64,000 nt of DNA. Origin: Phycisphaeraceae bacterium. Its GTDB lineage: Bacteria; Planctomycetota; Phycisphaerae; Phycisphaerales; Phycisphaeraceae. The notes under the pieces are model-generated. The model was not told the DNA's origin, made no database searches, and was given only the letters and a program-made list of their open reading frames with translations. Position 1 is the stretch's first letter, and each line of letters starts with the position of its first letter. Of this stretch, positions 29,784 through 38,658 are shown piece by piece. A program made the position numbers and the translations under genes. The DNA lies in contig OY771506.1 of the NCBI GenBank assembly GCA_963674705.1, positions 2,048,001 through 2,112,000 on the forward strand, read 5' to 3'.

Positions 29784-30225
29784 CGGTAAGCAAAATCAAA
29801 TACGAACGAGTCATAGACGACAAGCCTTTTCGTTGATCGAGATCCTTGCGGTGCTCGTGCTGATCGGGTTGGCGGCAGGGCTGATCGCTGTGAACGTCAG
29901 GCCGCTGATGTCCAAGGGCAAGCAGAACGCTGCCAAGTCGGATGTCAGCACGATCGTCAGTGCGCTCGAGGCGTATTACATGGCGGTTGGCGAATACCCG
30001 AGTAATGATGAAGGGCTCGAAGTCCTGAAGCAGAAGAACGAACACTTTGATGAACCGCTTCTGACTAAGGGATTGATCGATCCCTGGGGAAGGCCGTACC
30101 AGTACAACCAACCGGGTAGCGGTGATGAACCTTACGAAGTGTTCAGCTTTGGCGCGGATGGCCGAAGCGGTGGCGATGGACCGGATAAAGATATTCGCAG
30201 TGATGATGAACCGGAACAGGAATAA
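29773..30225 (+). CDS. gspG: Major pseudopilin
   Basis: A|FSLIE prepilin site, YPSNDEGLEVL, DPWGRPYQY, SFGADG...DI. Confidence 0.92.
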   Translation: MCCSGKQNQIRTSHRRQAFSLIEILAVLVLIGLAAGLIAVNVRPLMSKGKQNAAKSDVSTIVSALEAYYMAVGEYPSNDEGLEVLKQKNEHFDEPLLTKGLIDPWGRPYQYNQPGSGDEPYEVFSFGADGRSGGDGPDKDIRSDDEPEQE

Positions 30226-30744
30226 ATGCTACATTCCACCCAACGAGCATTTACACTTATTGAGGTGACAGCCGTACTGGTGCTGGTTGCTTTGCTATCG
30301 ACTGCGGCTGCTTTGTCGCTCAAGAGTGCTTATCGTGGTTCACAGATGAGCGACGTTGTCGCCCGCGTCAGTGCGATGGACCGGACGGCCCGGCGTCTAT
30401 CTATATCCCAAGGGACGGCTGGAAGCATCATTATCGATCAAGCGGAGGGAAGCCTGCGGTATAAGCAAGCGGGTAAGACGAAGGATGAATTGCTCCCCGT
30501 CGTGTTGCCCGCTGACTTTCAGATGACGTCGGTCTACATTATGGGTGCGGCTAAGCATGAACACACAGTCATACCGTGTTCGCGGGAAGGCAGGACGCCG
30601 AGTTATTCATTAACGCTTACAGGGCCCGGAGGATCATCGCATGTGCTGATGGTTGCCGGTTTAACCGGGCAGGTATTGGAATTGGAGCCGGATGCGAGCT
30701 TCGAAGTTGACAACTTGTTGTCCGCGCGGCCTGACACTGATTGA
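30226..30744 (+). CDS. gspH: Minor pseudopilin, GspH-like
   Basis: RA|FTLIE prepilin motif; position after gspG. Confidence 0.7.
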   Translation: MLHSTQRAFTLIEVTAVLVLVALLSTAAALSLKSAYRGSQMSDVVARVSAMDRTARRLSISQGTAGSIIIDQAEGSLRYKQAGKTKDELLPVVLPADFQMTSVYIMGAAKHEHTVIPCSREGRTPSYSLTLTGPGGSSHVLMVAGLTGQVLELEPDASFEVDNLLSARPDTD

Positions 30745-31252
30745 AGTGGTGGCGGGTCTTGCGCTGATGGGCACGCTGTTGGCCGGGATGCTGACCGCCA
30801 AGAGCCGTTTTACGCGCCAACAGGTTCAATCACAGCGTGTGTTGGTTGCTGTTGAAGCACTGGATGCTTTACTCATCGAGCGTTGGGACGAGTTCCATGT
30901 AATACAGCGCGGTTCGCATGGCGACTTTGATGGTTTGGAAGACATGACCTGGCGAGCGTCAATTGTTACGAGCGGGGCGGCAAGCGACTGGCACTGTCGG
31001 GTTATCCGTATCGAGGTATTAGACCAGGTGGAGCGTTCGAGAGGTGAATCGCTTGCCAGTGTTGAACTCTTGGTGCCCGACCCCGTCTATCTGAAAGAGT
31101 TGGCGAATAAGGAGGATGCAGAAGCAGATAAAGAGCAGGACAATCCAGAAACACGGGAATCGCCGGGTGAGAAGCAGGAGCAAGAGAATGCGCCTGCTTT
31201 GCCGGATAATGAAGCAGAACCCGGGCCGGTTGTGCTGGGGGTATCCTTATGA
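30692..31252 (+). CDS. gspI: Minor pseudopilin, GspI-like
   Basis: RG|LTLIE prepilin motif; gene order. Confidence 0.65.
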   Translation: MRASKLTTCCPRGLTLIEVVAGLALMGTLLAGMLTAKSRFTRQQVQSQRVLVAVEALDALLIERWDEFHVIQRGSHGDFDGLEDMTWRASIVTSGAASDWHCRVIRIEVLDQVERSRGESLASVELLVPDPVYLKELANKEDAEADKEQDNPETRESPGEKQEQENAPALPDNEAEPGPVVLGVSL

Positions 31253-31818
31253 ATAGGTGTGGTGGCTTTACATTAATTGAAGCACTCGCCGCGACCGCGC
31301 TGGCGGCAATCATGATGACAGCCGTCATGACGGTTGTATCCGCACTTGCTCATGATGATTCACGGCAAGCCAATGAGTCTGAACGTGAATCGTGGCAACA
31401 GCGCATGATCGAGTTGGTTGAGCAAGACCTCCGCTACAGCGATTCGGTCACGGATCAGGGCGATGGTGTCCTGATGACAGGACATCTTTCGCTCGATCAA
31501 GATACGCTTACGCCGACACATCGGCCGGTGCAGGTTTCGTATCACATTCGTAAGTTTGCGGATAAATCCTGGTTGATCCGTTCGCAGACAGACCTAGAAA
31601 GCCGGGCATTGGACAATAGCTGGTCTGAGGTGGTGTGCTCGGGAGTCCGTGCTATTAAGGTGATGAATGCCCAGCAATCCACATCATCCGCCGCTAATGA
31701 TAAGGACCAAACAGATTCGTTGATAGATCAAGCAGTGGCAATGGATACCGCTGTCGTGACAATTGTCTGGGATACGCCGGATGAAGATGCAACGACGTTT
31801 AATCTTGTTTTACGTTGA
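31249..31818 (+). CDS. gspJ: Minor pseudopilin, GspJ-like
   Basis: GG|FTLIE prepilin motif; ATGA overlap with the previous gene. Confidence 0.7.
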   Translation: MNRCGGFTLIEALAATALAAIMMTAVMTVVSALAHDDSRQANESERESWQQRMIELVEQDLRYSDSVTDQGDGVLMTGHLSLDQDTLTPTHRPVQVSYHIRKFADKSWLIRSQTDLESRALDNSWSEVVCSGVRAIKVMNAQQSTSSAANDKDQTDSLIDQAVAMDTAVVTIVWDTPDEDATTFNLVLR

Positions 31819-31821
31819 AGT

Positions 31822-32826
31822 ATGATGCAATGCAGCAGTAAAACATCCCGACGTGGCTTCATCCTGGTGCTGACCTTGATGCTTTTGTCCATCGCGGCGG
31901 TAGCGATGGCGGCGACGGCAAGGTCGAGCACCGATCAGGCGGTGGCTGCGGTTCAGGCGCGGCGTGATTTACAGCGGGCATGGGCCAATCGCAGCATCCG
32001 GCATACTGCCTTGACGCTCGCTCCAAGTCTCCTGGCAGATGAAAGTGCATATACCACGGAATCGACACCGGTGCGCTCAATCACCATCCAATTGAATAAG
32101 CATGACTACAACATCATCCTGACAGACGAGCAGGCAAAGGTGAATATCAACGCACTTCTGGCAAATCGTGGCCGAGAGGCGGCGCGTTCGTTTGCTGTCA
32201 AGCAACTTGCTGATTACCCGAACTTCATGGGTGTTTATCTGCCTGTCACTACGGACCAGTCTGATGAACAACAAGATCATGGTAAGAATGAATTGCCGCG
32301 AACGATCATTGGATTCAATCATCTATTACCTGACTTCGATCCGGATGAGTTGTTGAAGGAGCAGGCAGCTCCGTTTGATGCGCTGACGTGTTGGGGTGAT
32401 GGTCGGATCAATATTAAGCTCGCACCGGAGACATTGCTCAAAGAGGTTGCTTCGCCATTGCTTGGCTCGATACAGATCAAACGACTGCACGACATCACTG
32501 CGGAAAACGATGACATCACACTTCAGCAGGCACTTACTGATATCGGTGTCGAAGAGAAGAACATCCCGGCATTGCTGAAGCGTATGACGATGGATTCGCG
32601 TTGCTTCGGTGTCTGGATCATGATGGATGATGGTAGACGCGATTGGTGTGAATTCAGCGTCATCGAGTTGGCTTCCAATGCAGAAGATAAGCGGGTTGAT
32701 GTGACAGGGACTAATCATGAAGAACGATTAAGGGCAGAAGCGGTCGATGTGAATAACATCGGCGATACATCCGACTTCGTACAGTCGAGCGATGCATACC
32801 CGAGGCTCCGAGTATTTGAGTGGTAG
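31822..32826 (+). CDS. gspK: Minor pseudopilin, GspK-like
   Basis: RRG|FILVLTL (no Glu5), DEQAKVNIN, GRINIKLAP. Confidence 0.85.
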   Translation: MMQCSSKTSRRGFILVLTLMLLSIAAVAMAATARSSTDQAVAAVQARRDLQRAWANRSIRHTALTLAPSLLADESAYTTESTPVRSITIQLNKHDYNIILTDEQAKVNINALLANRGREAARSFAVKQLADYPNFMGVYLPVTTDQSDEQQDHGKNELPRTIIGFNHLLPDFDPDELLKEQAAPFDALTCWGDGRINIKLAPETLLKEVASPLLGSIQIKRLHDITAENDDITLQQALTDIGVEEKNIPALLKRMTMDSRCFGVWIMMDDGRRDWCEFSVIELASNAEDKRVDVTGTNHEERLRAEAVDVNNIGDTSDFVQSSDAYPRLRVFEW

Positions 32827-32830
32827 TTGC

Positions 32831-33382
32831 ATGAACCTGAAACGTCGTAAACAGTTCTGCTGGCTTCTTGCCGTGCTCTTGATGGCCGGGGGTGTCGCGG
32901 TTGTGTGTTTGGCGTTTGTGTTGCCTTACGCTCAGCCAGATACCATTGAAGTGAAGACCAAGGCGGTTCAACGAAAAGCCGGGCAACAGCAAGACAGAGC
33001 TGTTGAGCTAGAGCAGTTTACGGGTCTGTGGGATAAGAACCTGCGTCCGCCGTTGATTGATGCGCCCAAGGAAGTTGTGCCTGAGAACACACAAGCGAAT
33101 GTGCCGAAGCCCAAACGCCCGGATATCAAACTGATCGGGTTTGCCATCGAATCCGAGGGTTCATTGGCGATGCTCAAAGCGCCGGACAATTCAATCGCCT
33201 TTGTGGGCGTCGGTGAAGAACTGCAGGGGGTGACGGTGCATGCGATCACCGCAGAAGGCGTCACTTTGGACTTCAACGGGGATCGGTACTTGCTACCGAT
33301 CGACGAAGAGGCGGACGCGGCCCGACCGACACCTAATATTCGCCGGGCCGATCGGCGCAGTGAAAGGCCGGTGAGGTACTGA
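32831..33382 (+). CDS. GspC/PilP-like periplasmic T2SS component
   Basis: N-terminal TM helix, Pro-rich linker, and a beta domain (IKLIG...AML...VGVGEEL.GVTVHAI..EGVTL) typical of the GspC HR domain. Confidence 0.65.
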   Translation: MNLKRRKQFCWLLAVLLMAGGVAVVCLAFVLPYAQPDTIEVKTKAVQRKAGQQQDRAVELEQFTGLWDKNLRPPLIDAPKEVVPENTQANVPKPKRPDIKLIGFAIESEGSLAMLKAPDNSIAFVGVGEELQGVTVHAITAEGVTLDFNGDRYLLPIDEEADAARPTPNIRRADRRSERPVRY

Positions 33383-34746
33383 TGATGACACGCGCCGTGA
33401 TATTCCTGGATGATGAGACCTGGCGCATCGTTCTGACGAACGCGGTCGACAGCGATACCGATGTCATTCGTGTCAATGGCGATATCCCGGAAGCAGGTAA
33501 GGCCGATCAAGTCTATGAGTATTTACAACAAGCGGGTTGTCTCGATCGGCCGGTGATTCTTGCATTGCCATCTTCATGGTGTGCAGCCGGTACGGTCTCT
33601 CTGGATGATCTACCGCGCAAAGATCGGCGTGAAGCCCTGGCGTATCGCCTTGAAGAAGTGCTGCCCGTGGCTGCGGAACACTTTTCTGCAGACTTTATAT
33701 TTCACAAGCATGAAGCGCTGGGTGTATGCGCGATCCATGAAAAGATCAGGCCCATTGTTGATGCGTTTGAAGCGCGGAATATATCAATCCATACGATCGT
33801 GCCCGCGGCACTACTGATCGCGCAAGCGTATTCAAAGGATAAGCAGGATTCGAACGCCAATGTCCTTATCTGGCGGCACGACGACTGGTGTGATGTGATC
33901 ATGCTTGATGAGAAGCGCCAAAACGCGGTTGGCTGGTCAATGCTGTCGGATGAACCTGAATCGGTGTTGCTGCATCTGAATATGTGTGCGCTTCGTAATC
34001 GGACAGTTCGCGGCGTGGTGTTGTTAGATGATCAATCGAGTCCTGGTGTCGACTATTCTAGCTGCGTGCCTGAAGCGATTGGCCTGAACCGCGTGGAAGA
34101 TGATCCGTATCTGGCTGGGACCGAGTTGGCGGATCAGATATTGCATGGGCAGGTTGAATCCTGGATCGATCTGAAAGATGAGACACTCGGGGGTGTGGGT
34201 TGGGTGAAGCAGATCGGTAAGCCTTTCAAGGCGGTGCTGGTGGCAACCTTGTTACTGTTGTTGTGTGTGAACGGTGCGTTACTGTGGCGGGCGGGGCAAT
34301 ACGACAAGCTTGCGGACGATTACCGTGCTAAAGAGCGTGCCATCTATGAAGACCTGCACCCGGGGCAGGCGCCACCGCTGGCGATCAATATGCGTCTGGC
34401 GGGTGAATTAAGGAAGCACCGCGGGATGCAGGGGCAATCCGAATCACTTCCCGATCCACCTGCGACGTTGTCATTATTGCATGATGTACTCGGCAAGCTA
34501 CCCACCGAGATACGGCTGCGAATACTCGAGCTGCGCATCGAGGATGACCAGGTGTACCTGGATATGCAGAGCCGGTCTCAACCGGATGTGGCGGCAATCA
34601 AAAACGCGCTTGATGGCGGGGGGATACGTGCGGAAGTGATGCATGCCGATAGATTGCAGGGCGAGTCGGGCTTTGGCTTCATGATTGTTGTTAGCCAGGA
34701 AGAGGCTTCGGCTTCCGCAGGTGATCGGAAGGAGGGGGGCGCATGA
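33382..34746 (+). CDS. gspL: GspL-like T2SS protein
   Basis: Actin-like cytoplasmic part (VILALPSSW, ALAYRLEEVLP), one TM helix and a periplasmic domain; gene order. Confidence 0.75.
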   Translation: MMTRAVIFLDDETWRIVLTNAVDSDTDVIRVNGDIPEAGKADQVYEYLQQAGCLDRPVILALPSSWCAAGTVSLDDLPRKDRREALAYRLEEVLPVAAEHFSADFIFHKHEALGVCAIHEKIRPIVDAFEARNISIHTIVPAALLIAQAYSKDKQDSNANVLIWRHDDWCDVIMLDEKRQNAVGWSMLSDEPESVLLHLNMCALRNRTVRGVVLLDDQSSPGVDYSSCVPEAIGLNRVEDDPYLAGTELADQILHGQVESWIDLKDETLGGVGWVKQIGKPFKAVLVATLLLLLCVNGALLWRAGQYDKLADDYRAKERAIYEDLHPGQAPPLAINMRLAGELRKHRGMQGQSESLPDPPATLSLLHDVLGKLPTEIRLRILELRIEDDQVYLDMQSRSQPDVAAIKNALDGGGIRAEVMHADRLQGESGFGFMIVVSQEEASASAGDRKEGGA

Positions 34747-35276
34747 ACCGCGATTCTGGTTTTAGTCGAGAGGCACTTCTGGTGGCCGCTGCCGGGCTGG
34801 CGCTATTGATGGTCACGTTCTGGAGTTATGGTCGATTCGGCGCAGCTCGTCAACGAGCGATTGAAGATGGCGACGCCTGGGCGCAGAGCGATTTACTGTC
34901 AGGACAGATCAAGACGCTGCGCGATCAACCGGCGCTTGCCAACGATCGCGCGCTTCAACAAGACGATATGACCCAGCGCATCGCCGATGCCGCCGCTTCC
35001 GCATCCCTGGATGAAAAGAAACTGATCGCTGTCGAACACCAGAAAGCCCGTCGGATCGGTCGGACCGCTTATCTGGAAGAACCGACCCGACTCACATTCA
35101 AGGATGTATCGTTAAAAGAAGTCTTGACATCATTGTATGCGTTAACCGGAGACGACCCCCGGCTGCATGTGTCATACCTGAGGCTCGCAGCACCGCGAGG
35201 AGAAGGTGACCCCATGCTCTGGTCTGCGGATGTAACCGTTACCTACCTGATCTATGACCCTATTGCTAAACCTTAA
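34743..35276 (+). CDS. GspM/PilO-like T2SS protein
   Basis: N-terminal TM helix, coiled coil and ferredoxin-like C-terminus; ATGA-coupled to gspL. Confidence 0.65.
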   Translation: MNRDSGFSREALLVAAAGLALLMVTFWSYGRFGAARQRAIEDGDAWAQSDLLSGQIKTLRDQPALANDRALQQDDMTQRIADAAASASLDEKKLIAVEHQKARRIGRTAYLEEPTRLTFKDVSLKEVLTSLYALTGDDPRLHVSYLRLAAPRGEGDPMLWSADVTVTYLIYDPIAKP

Positions 35277-35285
35277 ACGCTTAGA

Positions 35286-35915
35286 TTGATGGATGTTCTC
35301 ATGAAGTATTCAAGAGTATGTTTACGTATGTTGATGGCAGCGATGTTTGTCTGTGTCAGCGGATGCAAGACCCAACAAGCAGGGGTCGGTGCAAGCACAG
35401 GTAACTACGAGACCGTCGCCCGCGATTCGCTGCACGACACCGAGGCGGCCAAGAAACACAACGCTACTGGCTTAGAGGCACTTGAACAGGGCAATTTCGA
35501 TGAAGCGCAGCAAGCGTTTGAAAAGGCCCTTGAAGCCGATGTGATGTTCGGTCCGGCCCACAACAACCTCGGCCAAGTCTATTACGCGCAGAAGCTTTAC
35601 TACAAGGCCGCGTGGGAATACCAGTACGCAATCAAGCTTATGCCGAATCAGCCCGAACCTAGGTGCAACCTGGGTCTGGTCTACGAGGCGGTGGGTAAAC
35701 TCGATGACGCGGTTGTGCAGTACGACGAGGCTCACGAGTTAGAACCCGATAACGCAATTTTCATCGGCAACAACGCCCGAACACGCATCAAACGGGGCGA
35801 CAAGGATGAGCATGTGAAAGCCCTGTTGTCGGAACTCATTATGAAGGACACACGTTCGGAATGGGTCGCCTGGGCGGAGAAGAAGTTGGCACTCATGTCA
35901 GGCGGACAGCCGTAG
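35286..35915 (+). CDS. TPR lipoprotein, probable pilotin (PilF/PilW-like); likely start 35301
   Basis: Lipobox VSG|C, TPR repeats (AHNNLGQVYY, RCNLGLVYE); last gene of the T2SS operon. Confidence 0.75.
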   Translation: MMDVLMKYSRVCLRMLMAAMFVCVSGCKTQQAGVGASTGNYETVARDSLHDTEAAKKHNATGLEALEQGNFDEAQQAFEKALEADVMFGPAHNNLGQVYYAQKLYYKAAWEYQYAIKLMPNQPEPRCNLGLVYEAVGKLDDAVVQYDEAHELEPDNAIFIGNNARTRIKRGDKDEHVKALLSELIMKDTRSEWVAWAEKKLALMSGGQP

Positions 35916-36016
35916 GTAGGGTTTGACGGCCGAGAATACTTACATGCAATATCAATTGCATTAATCAAGACTTGATCTAGTGAGGAATCGGACTGTCGGT
36001 AGTTGGGTGGGGACTT

Positions 36017-37394
36017 TGTAGAGTGGTCCAAACCCTCTTCGGGAAGTGGGGTATGATTTTTTTGTGGTGCTGGCCCGCTGAATTTCAGATTTCTTTAAGA
36101 CAAATCGGGGGTGTTTGGGGTGGGGGCCTGCTGGCGATTGGGTCGGCGGAGGGGGCCAGGTAAATCGGCGTCGACTGGCAATCCCCCGGGGGTGGTCCAT
36201 AATGTTGGGCAGTTGCCAATACTGGACTTAGGGGAGTGGAGAAGATGTTGCCGCGTTGGGTGTTTGTGCTGTTTACCTTGCTTACTGAGGCCTGGTCGGT
36301 CCGCCGAGATAACCAGATCCGGTTTCTGAAACTCCAGCTCGAACTGTATAAGGGGAAGGTGCCGGGTAGCCGTGTGATCCTGTCGCCGGAAGAGCGTCAT
36401 CGCATGCTTCGGTTGGGCAAGAAGCTGGAGCATAAAGTAGATGATCTCGTCGGGATCGTGACTGTCAAGACCTATAAGCGGTGGCTGCGTGAGCAACAAG
36501 GTGGTCGAGAGCCGGGTCGAGTTGGTCGGCCTCGGAAGATCACCGCGTCGGTGCGTGCATTGATCCTGCGCTTGGCCAGGGAGAATACCGGCTGGGGCGT
36601 GCGTCGAATCGTGGGGGAGCTGCGGAAGCTGGCGCTGTCGCCCAGCCGTAGTTCTGTGCGGCGCGTGCTGGTCGATGAAGGGTTGATGCCTGACCCTGAC
36701 CGCCATGCGCCCAAAGGTGTGACCACGCCGTGGCGGACGTTCATCTCGGCGCACCTGAACACGATGGTGGCAGCAGACTTCTTCTGCAAGAAAATCTGGA
36801 CGGTCACGGGAACCCACATGGCTTACTGCCTGGTGTTCATCCACCTGGGGAGCCGCCGGGTGTTTGTGAGTCCCGCAACGTATCATCCGACCGGCGAGTG
36901 GGTGCAGCAGCAGGCGAGGAATATGATCATGTGGTTGGAGGACGAAGGCCTGGGCTTTGACTTTCCCATTCATGACCGTGACACCAAGTTCACGGAGCAA
37001 TTCGACACCTTCTTCGATAACACCATTCGGGCGGTCGTCAGGACACCCTACCAGTCTCCTATCGCCAACTGCTTCGTCGAATCGTGGATTGGGACATTGA
37101 AGCGAGAGTGCCTGAATCAATTCTTCTGCTTCAGCCTGGGGCACCTGGACCACATCGTACAGGTCTACGCGAACTATTATAATGTGCTGCGCCCGCACCA
37201 GTCGCTGGGCAACGTGCAGTTGAACCGAGTGGGGGAGCCCCCGCCCCCAGCGACGGATGATGAACTCGGTACGATCCGCCGCCACGCATACCTCGGCGGA
37301 TTGCTCAACCACTACGAGCGGAAAGCTGCATGATTCTCGGGAAAAACGGGCCGAGCCCGACAATATGGACCGCCCCCGGCTATGGACCACTTCA
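36017..37394 (+). mobile_element. IS element 'B' (rve integrase-core type), complete copy 1
   Basis: Left end TGTAGAGTGGTCCAAACC (from 36017) and right end TGGACCACTTCA (37383-37394) share the inverted core GTGGTCCA. Homologous to 55044-56469. Confidence 0.88.
36236..37333 (+). CDS. rve/DDE transposase of element B
   Basis: ENTGWGVRRIVGEL HTH region, AADFF, IHDRD, PIANCFVESWIGTLKRECL. Confidence 0.9.
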   Translation: MEKMLPRWVFVLFTLLTEAWSVRRDNQIRFLKLQLELYKGKVPGSRVILSPEERHRMLRLGKKLEHKVDDLVGIVTVKTYKRWLREQQGGREPGRVGRPRKITASVRALILRLARENTGWGVRRIVGELRKLALSPSRSSVRRVLVDEGLMPDPDRHAPKGVTTPWRTFISAHLNTMVAADFFCKKIWTVTGTHMAYCLVFIHLGSRRVFVSPATYHPTGEWVQQQARNMIMWLEDEGLGFDFPIHDRDTKFTEQFDTFFDNTIRAVVRTPYQSPIANCFVESWIGTLKRECLNQFFCFSLGHLDHIVQVYANYYNVLRPHQSLGNVQLNRVGEPPPPATDDELGTIRRHAYLGGLLNHYERKAA

Positions 37395-37749
37395 GGTCCG
37401 GCCGAAGCAGCCCTACATCAACTGGGCGAATTCCTTTGACTATGGCGGCCCGGAGTACGACCCGGATCATCATCAGGCGAAGGTCTTCCTGATCGATGAA
37501 GTGACAGATACGCGTGATACCAAGAAAGTCGTGCGCCGTCTATGGCCAGCGATCTTTGAAGAAGAACTCAACAGTTAGATGCGCGATCCGGATACATGGC
37601 CACCGCAACGAACACTGAAGATCTTCCTCGAGTGGTTTGAGGTTGAAGCCTGCGACCTCGTCCTTGATCTGGGCAAAAAGCCAATTGATTACGACTGAAT
37701 CAGCCGGTAGAAAGGCGGGTTTGTCCGTCGGCTTAGTTTTGAACCCTAC
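37395..37749 (+). pseudogene. Remnant of a second element A: 5'-truncated passenger gene with internal stop, plus right TIR
   Basis: [15 protein letters not shown]...EEELNS*MRDPDTWPP...IDYD* matches 1566..1904, with TGG changed to TAG at 37576-37578. The end GTCGGCTTAGTTTTGAACCCTAC lies at 37727-37749. Confidence 0.88.
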
Positions 37750-37918
37750 GAGCTTCGTCTTTGCCTCGCCACGGGGCTTCTACGTGTGTCAAAGAGCCAT
37801 CGAAAATGCCTCGATTATGCAGTCACAAACCGTCGGGCCACTACAACCACTTCAGCCTGAAGTGACGAGAACTCGCGCAGATAAATACAGAATGTCGTGG
37901 CAAATAGCACGGTGTGTT

Positions 37919-38578
37919 TTACGGATCGAACTGCATCACGCCATTGCTGATCGTACCCGTTACGACCAGTGACGATTCACCGTCATCGACCGTAACCACA
38001 GCACGCCAGATGCCGGTCGCGTTGTTGGTAAAGGTGAACCGGCCGAGCGCCACCGTACCCGTGTCGTCTGTCGAGTCGGTGGGACCGAACCAGCTTACAT
38101 CCAACTCGGACGAATCAAATTGTTGCGTGTCACCGCCGGCATCCCCACCGGCGCCAGCGGTTGACGCGTTGTGACCGTTTGCGTGGATGTGGGTGTCATA
38201 CTCTGACGATGGCAACATTGAGAACAACGAACTCGAAGGCTGCTGCGAAGTTTGGCCATTGTACATTTTAAAACCGTTGGCGGTAGCGACGAAGCCTTCT
38301 GTCTCCTGGTAGATCGAGCCGTTTGTCAGTTCAACAAGCATCGCTGCGGCGTGCCAGTCGTCAGTTGTACTGATTGTTAGGTCCTGGCAGACGTAGTTGT
38401 CCAGGTTCCCGATGACGGCGCCGGGCGTGCCACCGGGGTATTCGATGCCGTCCACGATGTTGGTGCCTGTGGGAATGGTAACGGCGGTCAGTGCAAAGGT
38501 GACCTGCGCCGAGGCCTGAGCCGAGGCAACCAGCGTGGAAAGGGCGACGGCAAGTGAGAGAATCGTTCGTTTATACAT
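37919..38578 (-). CDS. Secreted beta-rich hypothetical protein
   Basis: Signal peptide ending ASAQASA, beta-strand-like composition, AGGAG ribosome-binding site; co-oriented downstream of the GH74-like gene. Confidence 0.8.
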   Translation of the reverse strand: MYKRTILSLAVALSTLVASAQASAQVTFALTAVTIPTGTNIVDGIEYPGGTPGAVIGNLDNYVCQDLTISTTDDWHAAAMLVELTNGSIYQETEGFVATANGFKMYNGQTSQQPSSSLFSMLPSSEYDTHIHANGHNASTAGAGGDAGGDTQQFDSSELDVSWFGPTDSTDDTGTVALGRFTFTNNATGIWRAVVTVDDGESSLVVTGTISNGVMQFDP

Positions 38579-38658
38579 AGCATGCTCCTGTATATAATTA
38601 AATGTGGTGGTGATGTTATAAGTAGTTGTATGGTTTTGCGATAACTATGACGCGTGCT

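Noticed and set aside
24548..35915. Type IV pilus or competence operon
   Set aside because: The GspG-type major pseudopilin, GspK and GspD-type N-domains are present and no PilT retraction ATPase is seen, which fits T2SS better. The prepilin peptidase must be encoded elsewhere.
35944..35961. ATGCAAT-N4-ATTGCAT palindrome after the T2SS operon
   Set aside because: It is short, AT-rich and single; there is not enough support to call it a terminator or operator.
36095..37390. 431-aa minus-strand ORF (also 55143..56333 and 179..886)
   Set aside because: These are antisense shadows of rve transposase genes, with no recognisable motifs; the plus-strand frame carries the DDE signatures.
37330..37578. 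82-aa ORF as a genuine gene
   Set aside because: It is a chimera of the element B right end and the truncated passenger pseudogene, ending at a premature stop.
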